This document shows, piece by piece, positions 1 to 13,025 of a DNA stretch of 64,000 bases; positions within the stretch are counted from its first letter, which is position 1, and every line of letters starts with the position of its first letter. A program made the translations under genes and the position numbers. The stretch covers positions 930,001 through 994,000 of the forward strand of contig OY253670.1 in the NCBI GenBank assembly GCA_958009085.1, read 5' to 3'. The stretch is from Protoeuglena noctilucae. Its lineage: Eukaryota. Under the pieces are notes generated by a model. It was not told the origin of the DNA, did not search any database, and was given only the letters and a program-made list of their open reading frames with translations.

Positions 1-1571
1 AGATCCGTGCGGGCGTCGCACGAGGGGACGCAAACGTCATCGAGGCGCTCCCTGCGGAGGTGAGCACGAAGGGGCGAGCGGCTGTGACGCCCTCTATTGT
101 GGCTGCGACCTCACTGCCGCCGTCCTCTCCTTGCAGGGCATGGACAAGGAGTCGGTGCTGGCACGACTGGGAGCCCGCGAGCGAGCGGATGTTCGCGTGC
201 CGTCCCACACCAGCACGGTCAGTGGGGCCGTGTACCCGGCTGGGGATGAGTGCCTGGACCTCATGATGCGCGCCTACGAGGCCATGGCTCTGACCAACCC
301 GCTGCACCCGGACGTGTTCCCGTCGGCGCGGCAGATGGAGGCCGAGGTCGTGGCTATGACGGCCTCCTTCCTCGGGGGCGGTCGCGCCGGGCCCTGCCGC
401 ACCGTCTGTGGTGCCATGACGAGCGGCGGCACGGAGTCCATCCTCAGCGCCGTCAAGGCCTCCCGCGACTTCATGTTCTCTCGACGACCTGCCACCCGTG
501 ACGCCCCAGAGATGGTCCTGGCTGACTCGGCGCACCCAGCGTACCTGAAAGCAGCCAGCTACTTTAAGATCCGCGGTGAGCCTTTGCCCGGGTTGGGAAG
601 CGCAACTCGGCGCATCAATGCGCGTCGGTGTGTGTTGGTGCCCGACGTCCACACCGTCGTGCTCGTGTGCAGTGGTGACAGTGCGCGTGGACCCAAAGAC
701 CTTCCGCCTGCGCGCGTCTGACGTGGCCCGGGCCATCACACGCCGGACGGTGCTGGTGGTCGCGTCGGCGCCTGGCTTCCCCCACGGCCTCGTCGACGAC
801 TTGGAGGGCATCGCGGCCGTGACGCACCGCCGTGGGGTTTGCCTCCACGTGGATGCATGCCTGGGGGGCTTCTTCCTGCCCTTTGCACGGCGCGCGGGGC
901 GCGCCCCCAACCTGCGCCCCTTCGACTTCTCGCTCCGTGGCGTGACGAGCATGTCCGTCGACACGCACAAGTTCGGGATGGCACACAAGGGCACCTCCGT
1001 GGTCCTGTATCGCTCCCCCGAGATCCGCCGGCACCAGTTCACAGCCATCACCGACTGGTCCGGCGGGCTGTACATCTCGCCCGGCATGGCGGGGTCGCGC
1101 TCCGGCGCCCTCATCGCCACCGCCTGGGCCGCCATGCTCTACCACGGCTCCCGGGGCTACGAGGCGATCGCCAGCCAGCTCCTGGACGCCCGCGACGTCC
1201 TCGTCGCCGGCATCCGCGCCGTCCCGGGGGCCGAGGTCATCGGTGAGCCCGAGATGTCGGTGGTCGCCTTCCGGAGCGTGGATCGCGCTGTTGACATCTA
1301 CCGTGTCCACGAGATCCTCACCCGCAAGGGCTGGCACCTCAACGCCCTTCAGCGACCCCCCGCACTGCACATGTGCCTCACGGCGCGGTCCGCTGGCTCG
1401 GCCGCGGCGCTGGCGCATGACGTGAGCGAAGCATTCGCCACAGTCCGCGCCCAGCCAGGGGCGGGGTCGGGGGGCATGGCGCCCGTCTACGGCATGGCGG
1501 GGACGTTGCCGGACCGCGGCGCCGTCGCCGACGTGCTGGTGGCCTACCAGGAAGTCGTTTTGGAGGTTTGA
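1..1571 (+). CDS. DPL1: Sphingosine-1-phosphate lyase (PLP-dependent, DPL1/SGPL1 family); 5' end lies outside the window; introns 60-136 and 576-672
   Basis: Motifs NPLHPDVFP, MTSGGTESIL, HVDACLGGF, SMSVDTHKFG (PLP lysine), GGLYISPGMAGSRSG and GWHLNALQRP. GT-AG introns join ORFs 131..721 and 576..1571 in frame. Confidence 0.95.
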
Positions 1572-1798
1572 GCTGCGGGCCATCAGCAGGCTGGCCGCTG
1601 CCAGTTGAAGCATGCTGGAAGAGATGGGCAACGAAAAGCGACTTCTGCCGCTAGAGATCGTTCTTGTGTGCGCATAGGGCTTGAGCATTCCCCGATTGCT
1701 GCCCAGCGACCACCGCGCAGGGTTGGTTGTGGAGCCCCCCTCACCTCTATGGGCGCCAGGCTGCGATAGTTGGAGCGCGGCGGCGCCCGTGAGCGTCC

Positions 1799-2810
1799 AT
1801 GGAGGTCATCGACTCTCTCGCAGCCGCAACGCTCCTCTCGGGGGTGAGATGGCGACGGACAGGCCCTGTGCGACATCTGCGACACGACCCGCGACCGCGT
1901 TGGCCCTGAGCACTGCTGTACCTCCTGGATTGCAGGACGAATCGAACGTAGCGATTTTCGATGCAAAGGCGATCAGCGAGCTGTCGCCGGAGCGCCAGGG
2001 GCCCCTCGCGGGCGTCGTGCAGGCCATGGCACGGATGTCGCAGCTTGCGCAGGCGAGGCGGGGCGAGGCGGAGGCGCAAACTGCTCGCATTGCGTGAAAC
2101 AGATAATAGAGATCAACTTCCGCCATCACGTCCGATCGCAGGGCCTCTCGGCGCCCGTGACGGACCTGCACCGTGTCCGGCTTCACGGGCACGTGCTGTT
2201 CGTCGCGGCGGAGCGCCGGGCAGGGGGCGGGGTCGTCGTACAGGGCATCCTCAAGTCCGGGCGCAAGCGGCTGTTCTTGCAGGACCGCCGCGGCGCATTC
2301 ATCGAGGCCGAGCCCTGCTGCGTGCTCGATTTCTACGTCCACGAGTCGTGCCAGCGCCGGGGGGTCGGTCGCCGCCTCTTTGAGCGCCTCCTCTCGCGCG
2401 AGGGGCGCCGTCCGCACGAGTTTGCCTACGACCGGCCCTCCGAAAAGCTCCTGGCTTTTCTCTGCAAGCACTACGGCCTCGTGCGCCCGCTCGTCCAGGC
2501 CAACCACTTCGTCATCTACCCCGGATTCCACCCCTCGGACAGCCCTGCAAGGGAGATCACCGCGGGCCGCCGGGCGGGGCGCGCCCCGCCCCCCAGCGTC
2601 GACACAGCGCTGGCCCAAGCGTTGTTAGGGTCCCACCCGTCCCGGAGTAGAGCCCAGGCTCCATGGGGCGAAAGCCGCGCGGGCGCCGGGGGCCACGTGC
2701 ATGTCGTGACCGTTCGCCCGCCCTGGGGGGTGGAGGGCGACGAGGTGCCGGGCCGGTCCGGGCCGCCGCGCGCGGGCGGGCGGGGGCCGTACTGGCTCGG
2801 CGCTCACTAG
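1799..2810 (+). CDS. ATAT1: Alpha-tubulin N-acetyltransferase (ATAT1/MEC-17)
   Basis: GILKSGRKRLFL, CVLDFYVHESCQRRGVGRRLF and AYDRPSEKLLAFLCKHYGL are ATAT1 hallmarks. SQLAQ|GLSAPVT is joined by GC-AG intron 2053-2141. The ATG at 1799 is inferred. Confidence 0.9.
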
Positions 2811-2849
2811 TGATAGACGGACGGCGCGCTAGACACCTTTTCACAGCCA

Positions 2850-4769
2850 CTACCCACTACCACTTTCAACCTCGTCTCCATTGTCTCCACCGTCGCTGTC
2901 GTCGACGGTCCACGGCGTGCCGAGCTCGGCCGTCAGCACCCGCGCCTCTAATGCCACAAGCGCCGCATGCACAGCCGCGGGGCCGACGCCAAGCACTTGC
3001 GAGAAGGCCGCGGTGACGCACACGTAGTCCCACGCGGGCCCCCGCAGCGGCTCTTTAATGACTGGATGGAGCGCCAGCCCCACGACCACACCCCACTTGC
3101 CCCTTGCCGCCACATACTCCCCCAGCGGCGCAGGCCGCAGGCCCGGGATCCTCCCGCGCGGCCGAGGCCGGGGGATGAAGGGGCGCGCCTCGCCGGCCCC
3201 CCAGCGCGGCGCCATGCGCACCAGCGACACCTCGGGAGGAGGCGCCTCGGGAGCGCCGTCCTCGGAACCCACCGCAGCCCGCAGGGCATTGGCCACGAGC
3301 TCTCCGCGCGCGGCAGGAGGCGCAGATCCCACGACGCTCGCGGTGATCCGCGACCCCCGCGCGGTCCAGGGAGGTGGGGCCCGCGCTGGCATCGCCTCCT
3401 CGTGAGCCCGGGCCATGGCACGTGCCCAGCGGACCCAGCTCGCAGGCGGCGCCAGGAGAACGTCCCCGCCATCTGCCGGGTTGCGCACCTCCCGCACCCC
3501 GCTGCCGTCGCTCCCGCCGGCCGCCGGGTGTGCCTTGGCCCATCCGCCCGGTGACACGGCTCCGAGCAGACAGGAGAGCTTGAGGACCGCGAGCAGCGCA
3601 GCCGCGAGGCCCACCGCGGGGTGCGTCGGCGAGGACGGATCGAGGTTGGCGGGCGCCCCGTGCAGCGCGACCAGGGCCTCTGCCGCCCGGGCGGCCCCCG
3701 CCGGCAGCGCGAGCCGCGCGCACAGCATCCGCAGCATCCACCCGGGTTCCACGGGCGGGGGCCGCACGCCGGCGACTTGCGCCACGGCCAGCGCCAGCGC
3801 GTGGACTCGGTCGCGTGACGCCGAGGCCCACCCGGGCACCCGGGCTGCCAGGAACGACGGAGGCAGGCCCCGCGCCTCCGCGAGTGGGGCCGTCGCCCTC
3901 GCCGAAAGCGCCTCGAAGAAAGGCACGGCGCCCGACCGCGCCCACCACTCGAGGTCGGCCGGGAGCGGGGCGCGGCCCCGGTCTGCACAGGCGACGTAGA
4001 GCACCGCCAGCGGGAGCGATAGGCTGGCGATGCGACAGCAACCCTGGGAGAGGCGCCGGACGGTCTTCAGGTCCGGCTTTTCCAAATAACCGGCCGCCTC
4101 CTGCAGCTCCTGGACGCTCGCGTCGGCCAGAACCCGAGACTTGGCGACCCACGAGGCCCAAACGCGTCGACACGCCTCCTTCAGCCCCAAATCGCCGCCC
4201 TCCCCCGCCCCCTCCAGCGCCTCCGCACAGACTTCGAGACACCTTTGCAGGGAGAGCAGGTGCGCTGCGAGGGCGACCCGCGCGTCGACCGGCACGAGAG
4301 AAGGGCCTTCAACTTTTCGCTTCTTCACGTGGTACGCCCGCCGGCGAAAGCGCGTTCCCGCGGCGCCCTCATCAAACTCATCCTCCTCCTCCTCCGCGCC
4401 AGCGGCCTGGGCGCGGAAAGGAAACAAAAGGGAGCCTGAGCGGCATGGGCTGGAGAAGCGCGTGCTTCGAAGCCCAACTTGGGCGAAAGCGCGCGGCACC
4501 TGCGACTGCGTCCCGCAGTTGGCACAGAAGAGGGTTCCCGACTCTTCCATGAATTCATCCGCATGGCATAGAGCGCACCGCGGGCCGAGTTCCTGCAGCG
4601 GGAAAAGCCCGGCTTCCTTCGATGATGGCCGCGCTGCGACATCGGGTAGCTAGCCAAATGGAATAGCATGCTTCCTGCGCTCGCAAGCGAGGCGGACCTC
4701 TTCCTGTGTCTGGCTCGGGAGTGTCTGGGACAGGCGCCCGAACAAGCCCGGCCGTGCGGCCCCAGCCAT
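2850..4769 (-). CDS. RNA polymerase I TBP-associated factor TAF1B/Rrn7-like protein
   Basis: N-terminal zinc ribbon CALCHADEFMEESGTLFCANCGTQSQ, followed by LAVLYVAC...LPADLEWWARSGAVPF typical of the Rrn7/TAF1B cyclin fold. The first exon (ATG about 4769) is inferred from splice sites. Confidence 0.7.
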
Positions 4770-5055
4770 CCTGGGCGTCAACCGCGCATCCCCCCCTCAG
4801 CCGACCGCCACGGCACACGCCTGGGGACCGGCGGATGAGCAGGATTGGCCGTCTCACTCGGATCGTAAGCAGCACGCCGCTCGTCGCCAGTGGCTGAAGC
4901 TGCAAGTGGCTGGCAGGCATTCATCATCAACAGCAAACTTCACGCAAATACTCTTTGCATTTACTTACTCCCATTCCCAGCCCCCCACGGTCTAAGGCAC
5001 AGCAGGACAGTACAAAGTCCCTTCCTCAAGCCCTTCCACAGTCGCCGCCGTCGGG

Positions 5056-6007
5056 ATGAGCGGCGTGAGCTGTCAGGCCGCCATCGGACAAGCGCTCTGT
5101 GTCAGGGGCCATCGCGTGGCCGTAGGGAGGAGACCGGCGTGGATTGCGCGCCACTTCTCCGTCAAGCGCGGCGATGTTTGGTGCGCAGCCGGGGACGACC
5201 TCGCCGTACCGCGTGTGGCGCACGCTTCCTGCAGCAGGCGTGCTCAGCTGCTACATTTCACAGCTTTCGAGTGAGAGTGCGTGGCCGATGCTCGCAGGGT
5301 GGCCGCGCGGGAGCGTGACGACGTGGAAGAGGACGGCAAGTTCGCACGCGTCGACCTCGAGTCCGATGAAGGCGTAGGCGGCACGAGCGACGAGGCGAGA
5401 GCTGCTCCGTGTGCTTGTTCACAACACCTGTTGGAGGAACCTGCTAGCAGCCCAAGGCCAGCCCCCCCAACAGACACAACGACCTAACTTCCGTTCCCAC
5501 AGCCCCTGGGACCTCCCGCGTGTCTACTGGTGGGCTTCCCCCCTAAGGACGCGGAGGCCTTCCGCACCAGCCTCTGCGACATGGGAGGCGACTTCGTCAA
5601 CGTCCTCTCCTGCTCAGACGCCGCGCTCCGGCTGCCCCTGGGCCGTGTCATGGAGAAGAGTGAGAGCGAGCCGCGCTGATGGTATTGCCGTTGACGTTTG
5701 CCTTGCTGAGACGAAAGCCTTGCAGGAGCCGTCGTGCCGAAACGCTCGGGGTCTCTGCTTCCACGCAGGCCCGGCGGAGCTGCCCCTGTCGAGCTACGTG
5801 CCGTACCGCAAGCGCACCATCTTCATGTCCGGCATGACGGGCGCGGAGATCGTGGAGGTCATGGGCGCGTATTCCGAGACGGGGATGCCGCGGGCGGTGT
5901 TCGCGGCCCTGGTCCCTCGCAACGCGGCCAAGACCGTGTCTGAGCTCGCCGAGGAGGTGCACGAGGACGACGAGCGACTCCGGGCGGCGCGCGGGCTCAC
6001 GCAGTAG
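5056..6007 (+). CDS. DUF3783-like protein, probably plastid-targeted
   Basis: Spliced product contains GPPACLLVGF and RTIFMSGMTGAEIVEVMGAYSETGMPRAVFAALVPRNAAKTVSELAEEV. The N-terminus looks like a transit peptide. Confidence 0.7.
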
Positions 6008-7193
6008 CGACCGGCAGCGGCACCCAGCCGTCGAGGTCCCCGCACTCGAGGAAGGGCACGACCGTGCGGAGGGCGCTTGATGCGTGGTCCGATGGCTCCA
6101 GGCACGATGGACCCTCCATGAGTGACTGGAGCTGGCGAGGATGGAAGTCTTCCGGGAGACACCAGTCCTGCGCAGCCCAGCGTAATGCGGCTTTGCTTTT
6201 TTGTCTATGGCTGGCTGTCGTGGATTGGCTCGTCATGCAGTTGCGCGTTTGTATGGCCCCGTGCGCACCTGGCAAACGACAAAGTGCTCGGCGGAGCCGA
6301 TTCGGGAAGAGCGAGGCTTGAAGACGTGGACCGTGCGGAAAAGGGTCTTGAGCTGGGCACAAAGCACGGTGGTGTCTGGGCCCCTGGGACCAGGGAGGCG
6401 GGGCGGAGAGTGAGCAAGCGGCGGCGGGGAAGAGCTGTGAAAGGCGCATGAAAGCGCCCAGCTCACCGGAATATCTTGGCGACGAACGTGCCCCCCCGGC
6501 GGAGCACGTGGCCCGCCACCGTGATGCCGGCGAGGATGAGCTGGTGCTGCACGTACTGATCCAGGTCGTGCACGCCCGTCACGTCCGGGGCGCCGTCCGA
6601 GACGACGAGGTCCGCGCGGCCTCCCTCGAAGCAGCTCACGACCTCGCGTGCCGTCGCCGCGCTCGTGATGTCGCCCTGGATGAGGTGCACGCCCTCCACG
6701 GGCGCCATGGGCTGCAGGTCCACGGCCACCAGTCGCGGGATTTCCTCCGGCGGAAGGCCCTGCGGGACATGCCTGGGCACGGGGCCTGAAAAGACGGACG
6801 TATGCTGGCAAGGGGCGTATCGTGTCATCCAGCGATGGCGTGGAGACTGGAGGGACCCAAGAGAGCGTGCAGATGCAAACGCGGAACTGACCTTGTCGCG
6901 CGCCGGAAGGTAGAGCCGGCGGCTGAGGACCTGAGCCCACGACCCCGGCGCGGCGCACAAGTCCACCACGTTCCTGGCGCCCTTGAAGATGCCGAACGCA
7001 TCATCAATTTGGATGAGCTTGAACGCGCTCCTGCAGCCGTCGAATATGATCGTATTACGTCGAAAAAGCAGACTCCCTGGCTACCCTACCAATTCTTCGA
7101 CCTTCTCCAGCCTCGCCTGGCGCGCCATCCCTCCTCCTTGGCCCTCCGATAATACACGTCCCGCTTGCTGCGCTCCTCCCTTGGCATGCCCAT
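5997..7193 (-). CDS. TRM7: tRNA (cytidine32/guanosine34-2'-O)-methyltransferase TRM7/FTSJ1
   Basis: [69 protein letters not shown] and [10 protein letters not shown]. Confidence 0.92.
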
Positions 7194-7526
7194 CGTGGCG
7201 TCGCTTCCTGCCCACGAGTAACGCCGCCGACGCTCTTGGAACGAACAGAGCGCGGCCAAGCCCGCCAGCGGCGGACCTCACGATGCTGGACCGGCACGCC
7301 GCTGGGACGCACACGTCAGGGCCTCCGCCGCTCGCTGCTGGCGACGCCTGGCAGCTGCGGCACAGCGATCATGTCGTGGACTCCGATGCAGCATCCACTC
7401 CCGCCGCGCATTCTTCGGAACTGCAGCACCAAGAGGACGATCGGCTCTGCGAAAATCTCGTGCTGCTGCCTCGAGAGCCGCTGGAAGGCCGCGACCGGCG
7501 CACGGGAAGCTCGTCGCGTCGCTTGG

Positions 7527-9018
7527 ATGCAGCGGGCGGCGTTCCCTACCGCCATCCACGCACGGGACTGTACCGTGCTTCGGTCCACCCGGGGCCAGGC
7601 TTTCTCGGGGCCCCTACCCACCCGCAGGCCCCCACGCAGCGGGCGGTGGCCCGTGGCATGTCGCGCGGGTGAGGGCCGCGCGCGAGATGCCACAGGCAGC
7701 TTCCTGCGCTTCGTTTTCGCTCGCCAAAGCAACGCCGTGGGTGACCCCGCCCTGTGCGACGCGCGTTCCGCAGGGGAGGATGCGGATAGGCGCGGCGAGG
7801 CGTCGGGCCCGCTAGCGACCCTCCCGGGCGCGCGGACTGTCACCGCGGCGGAGTCTTCGGGGACGGAGGAGCGGAGCGCGGTGGAGAAGTTCTTCTTCCC
7901 GGACAAGGAGGAGCTCCCGGGCGACTTCCAGATGCCCATCTGGGATCACTTGGAGGAGCTGCGCGAGCGCGTGATTGTGGCCGCGCTGGCGTGTGGTGCG
8001 GCCATCCTCACGTGTTTCTGCTTCAGTAAGGACCTCGTCGTCTTCCTCGAGGCCCCCGTCATGGAGAAGGGCGTGCGCTTCCTGCAGCTGTCGCCGGGCG
8101 AGTTCTTCTTCACGACCATCAAGGCGAGGATCGCGCGGCGGGCGGCCGCGGACCTCCTCGCGTCTCTCAATGCACCCACTGACCCCGCGAGCGGATCCCC
8201 CGGCCCGCAGGTGGCGGGGTACGCAGGGCTACTCCTCTCTGTCCCGACGGTGCTGTACGAGATCATCGCGTACGTCGTGCCGGGGCTGACGAGGGACGAG
8301 CGCAAGTTTCTCGGACCCGTCGTCCTCGGCTCCACCTTTCTGTTCATCCTCGGCCTCTTCTTCTCCTACCAGGTGACCAGTTCGCGCACGCTCGGATCGA
8401 CAGGGCGACCCTCACCGTGCGCCGTGGCCCGCGCTGACCCGCACCACCCTCCGCCGCCGCGATGGCGCAGGTCCTCGCCCCCGCTGCGCTCAACTTCTTC
8501 ATCTCCTTTGCTGATGGGGCCGTGGAGTCCCTCTGGTCCATCGACCAGTACTTCGACTTCGTCCTCCTGCTCATGCTCTCCACCGGTGACACGCGCCCAC
8601 GCTGCAGCTCGTCGAGTCTCTGCCCTTCGCGGCTCTGTGGGTGGGCGATGGCGCCTTGCCCTCTGCGCACACCGTCACACTCTCCTGGCGCTCGCAGGGC
8701 TGTCCTTCCAGGTGCCTGTCATTCAACTCATGCTCGGGCAGCTGCGTATCGTCACTGCGGACCAAATGTTCTCGCAGTGGCGCTTCGTCGTCGTGGGCGC
8801 CACCATCGCGGCAGCAGGTGCGTGGCGCTAAATGCGGGGCCTTGGCGGGACGACAGTTTTGTGAGCGGACTCGCGATGTGTCAATGACCACATCCGCAGT
8901 GTTGACCCCCTCGACGGACCCCTTTACCCAAAGCCTGCTGGCCGCCCCGCTCATCGGGCTGTACATGGGCGGCGCGGCGGCCGTGAAGGCCATCGAGCAG
9001 GCTCGGGGGTCGGCCTAG
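7527..9018 (+). CDS. tatC: Chloroplast twin-arginine translocase subunit TatC (cpTatC)
   Basis: [48 protein letters not shown] and VLTPSTDPF. Five introns; transit peptide starts about 7527. Confidence 0.95.
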
Positions 9019-9732
9019 CTTCTCCATCCGGCGACTAACTCGTCCTTCCGCGCCGCCTCAGCGGCTGACAAGCCATCCGCGGCCGTGTGACGGGCCGTCT
9101 GCGAGCGCACAGCTCCTGGGTCTCTGGTTACTGTCCCATCCACGCCGTTTGACAAGCAGCGAGCCTTGCTTGGCGCACCTGGTATTCATGAAGCTTCGCG
9201 GCCCCCTTTGCTGAGATGCCCTTCTGAAGCGACTCCTGCTGTCGGCCCTCGGCAGCGGCCAGCATCTGCGCCCTACGCTCCTCGGCGTTCACGGCGCTGT
9301 TCCCCGCTGTGGATCCTGCGGGGTGCACGCAGGCCGGCTTTGGAAAATCGTCAACGGATATTGACAAGCACGTGGCCTCCAAAGGACGGCGCAAAATACC
9401 TAATTTGTGACCGCTCGTCGCTCCCCGGATTGCTGAGGAGCAAAAGGAAGCAGGAATCATTGTTTGATGCGGGCCTTGCGCGATGGGATGAAGCAGCCGA
9501 ACGACAAACTGCAATGCACTGCTTGCCTGTTTGTTGGCCTGGAGCTCCCGAGGTCGTATGGGCTGCCGACGCTTGCTTGGGGCGGGAGGAGCCACCCTCC
9601 CTCGCCCCCTTGCTTGGCGTGCAGCCTGCGCAACGAGGGAGACGGAACGGGGTCGCCTACTAACCGATGCGACCCTACCGCCTTGTACTCTCCGCCCTGA
9701 GCGAGCGGGACGGTCCGCGGACACGCACCCAT
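9015..9732 (-). CDS. Small protein resembling SVIP (small VCP-interacting protein)-like membrane-anchored proteins
   Basis: Exons give ...[38 protein letters not shown]...|...ELVAGWRS*. A possible MGAC myristoylation/palmitoylation start lies at 9732; the 5' structure is uncertain. Confidence 0.4.
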
Positions 9733-10150
9733 GGCCTTTAAAGTTTCTACAACCAGAAGCGTCCTCTGCAGCTGCAATATTCCTCAAGGCTCCTTTTAGG
9801 GCCCTAAAATCCTCCCTGTCAGCGTACACTGGAACGCTGGCAGCTCGTTTATGACTGCTTGTATCCATGGACTGCTTGTAGCTGTAGGCTCGGAGCGTAG
9901 ACAGGCAGCCGGCGAGGGGGGGCCCTCGCGCCAGACCACTGCCCGGCGCCAGAGCATAATTGGCTCTGAATCGCTGCAGCCCAAACGCCTTGCCCCCATC
10001 CTCTCGTTGTCAGTGGGTGCTGCTCGGATTCGCCCGTGCCTGGGCCTGCTGTTTGCAGCGCTTCGCGCTTGAGAGCGTATGGGAAGAAGTCCGTGAGCCG
10101 TGAGGGCGGTCGAACGCGCTTGTCTCGGCGCTGTCTTCCGAAGCAACGGG

Positions 10151-12646
10151 ATGGTGGACCAGCGGGGGACGGCCGGCCCCCCGGGCGGCATAGGCGGGTT
10201 CTGCGCTGTGATGCTCTGCGCCGGGACGCTCAGTGTCGTTTTCTCGAAGCTTCAAGACGTCGTTAGCGTGGGACAGGACGAGAACGGGAACCCGGTCACG
10301 TTCAAGCACCCCATCCTTCAGTCGGGCTTCATGGCGAGTCGCGGGGAGCCGCACCCGCCTCGAGCGTCGCACTTGCGTGGGCGCCCGCGCCCTCCCGCAT
10401 CGGACTCGGCCCCGTTCTGGCTCCCTGCAGTTCATGGGAGAGTTTCTGTGCATTATTTACCTAGCAGCTGGCCGGGCGTGGGCAGGGTCGTGCCAGCACC
10501 CGGGTGGCGCGAGGGGGTACGCAGCAGACCGATGGGACGACGTCAGAGAGCTCCTGGGTGGCATAACCTCCAAGATACCGTTCTTAGGGGGGGGTTCTCA
10601 GGTGCGTCTACCGCGCACTATGCGCACTATGGGCTGCGTGGCTCGTCCTTGCTGTGCCCTGCCGCACTGGGGCGTGCACTGCGAGGTCGCTGTCGCGCCG
10701 CAGCGGTCTACGCTGGGGTACCTGGAGGACGGCTGGGGCGCGGGGGCCCGCTCGGCTCTCTTGGGGGGCGAGGGAGAGGGTGCCGACGATGAGGGAAGCC
10801 CCAGGGGCGAGGACGAGGCAGGCGACGTGACGAGCTATCAAATTCTATCGCCGGGGGGCTCGACCGCGTCCGCACGCCGCCGCCAGAAGAGTTTTCTTGG
10901 GAAAATCGACCACCGGCTCGTCTTCGCGCTGCCGGCTGCCTGCGACATGACCGCCTCCGCCATGCTCAACCTAGGTTTGTTCTACACCTACACGTCCGTC
11001 TACCAGATGCTCCGGGGCACCCTCGTCATCTTCACAGGCAAGGAAGTCTTGGGTGATGTCCGGGGTGGCAGGGAGGGGTGCGGTGGCAGGGAGGGATGCG
11101 GCGGCACGGTGACTCATGCCACGGTGGGATGGTGCCTGGCACTGTGACTAATAGCATGCCCGTTGCGGCGGACGCAGGCCTCTTCACGGTCATGCTCCTC
11201 AAGCGGAGGCTCTTCGCGCACCACTGGACCGGCCTGGGTCTCATCTGCACAGGCGCCGTAATCGTTGGACTCTCTTCGACCATGCACATGCACCACGGCC
11301 CGGCCCCACCGGCGCCCTCGCCGACTCCCCAGCCTACCATGCCCCCTACGCCAGCGCCGACGCCCCAGCCGACTACGCCCCCTACGCCAGCTCCCACTGA
11401 GCTGCCAACTCCCAGCCCGACCAACGAGCCAACCCCCAGCCCCACCGAGCAGCCGACTCCGAGCCCCACCAACCTGCCGACTCCCAGCCCCACAGAGCTG
11501 CCGACTCCTGCTCCGACGTCGTGGCCCCCTGCGCCCGAGCCCACGCCGGAGCTGCCGACCCCAGAGCCCAGCACGCCAGGCCTCGCAGTCGGCTTTGATG
11601 TCGCGGCGTTCCATCTCCTGACGGCGGAGGAGGCTTTCGCAGCGCTGAGGCCCGAGTCGGTCGCATCGTCAAATGCCCGAGCGTCGGGTGGTTTTGCGGG
11701 AATTGGACAGCTCCTGGGTGGCTTGGGCATCGGCCCAGGTCGAGGTGGCAACCGCCCAGACGTGGCGCCGGCCCCAGCCCTTGGCGACATCCTCGTGGTG
11801 ATTTCACAGGTACGGTGGTGGTTTTTTGGTCGATTGCAATTTGGCTGACTGCCAGTACAATTCCACTCGTCACCCGCAATTGCCGCACCCGGGCTTCCCG
11901 CGCTGCTGCGACAACGGAACGCTCGCCCCCCCTGGCCGTCACCTGCAGACCATCCAGGCGTTGCAAGTCGTGCTGGAGGAGTTCCTGCTCTCCAAGCACG
12001 CCGCAGTGCAGCCTGCCGAGGCCGTCGGCCTTGAGGGAGCGTGGGGACTCTTTTACGTCTGCCTGTTGGGTGTCTTGATGGCCTGCCTCCCGCGGCAGTC
12101 TCAGGTGACATACAAGGGAGCGCAGATGCCAGTTGCACAGGCAACGGTGGCGTGAAATGGATGAAGCATGAAGCCGTGCCTGCGCGCTTGCAGATCGACA
12201 ACGTGGCAGAGGGCGTCGCGGAGGTGTTCCAGCACCCGAGCCTCCTGCTGTCCGGGGTGGCGACCGTCCTGGCCATCGCGCTGTTCAATTGGGCCGGCAT
12301 GACCATCACGCGGCGCGTGTCGGGGGCCACGCGAGCCACGGTCGACGCCTGCCGCACCGCCATCGTGTGGCTCGTCTCCATGGCCCTCGGGTGGGAGCAG
12401 TTCCACGTCCTGCAGCTACTGGGCTTCACGGTTCTGTTAACCGGCACCGCCGTGTACAACGAGCTCATCACATACGCTATGGTTACGAGGCGTCTCCAAC
12501 CCAGCAGTCGGGAGGGAGATGCGGCGGAGTCGGGGGACGCCGGTGCCGAGGCGGTGCCGCCCGGCGTCACGCCCATCCCCGCTGCCGGGAGGCTGTGGGC
12601 GCCCCTAGCAAGTGCATTAGCGTGGCTGCCTAAGATGGGCCGTTGA
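10151..12646 (+). CDS. SLC35F6-like drug/metabolite (nucleotide-sugar) transporter with a Pro/Thr-repeat insertion
   Basis: [65 protein letters not shown] and GTAVYNE. Confidence 0.85.
11300..11577 (+). repeat. Coding Pro/Thr tandem repeat (PTPSPTE/NL-type, 24-nt period) inside the SLC35F6-like gene
   Basis: The translation [68 protein letters not shown] is directly visible. Confidence 0.9.
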
Positions 12647-13025
12647 AGATGCAGTTTCTGTCAGTGCAGCACAGCTCAGACTAGCGTGCCGGGACTGTCA
12701 AGCATCGCCGGCGCCTCCTGAGCAGCATCATCGTCTGCGTCGCCTTGCTATCTGGCGTCCCGTGAAGCGCCATTGCGGTTGGCGACGAGCCGACAGTCTC
12801 GGGCGCGTCGCGGGAGGCCGCAACGGAGGCGGCGACGTCGCATCATTGTCGTTCAAACTTCATCGCAATCGGCCTACCGTCGAGTGCGGCTGGATGTCGT
12901 CGGGGTTTTGAGTTCAGAGCACCGACAGGGGAGACTGGGAGCCGGCCTCCACAGCCTCCTGGGCAGCCCTCCTGGGCGCGCATTGAAAACGCTGGTCGCT
13001 CGTCGTCGAGAAGGAGCACCGAACG

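Noticed and set aside
5370..5502. Possible GC donor at 5395 in the DUF3783 gene
   Set aside because: An in-phase GT donor (GGC|GTAGGC) about 20 nt upstream also works, so it was not counted as GC-AG.
11064..11107. 18-nt tandem repeat GGTGGCAGGGAGGG.TGC in an intron
   Set aside because: It is a simple local intronic duplication. No similar sequence is shared between introns, so there is no evidence of introner elements in this window.
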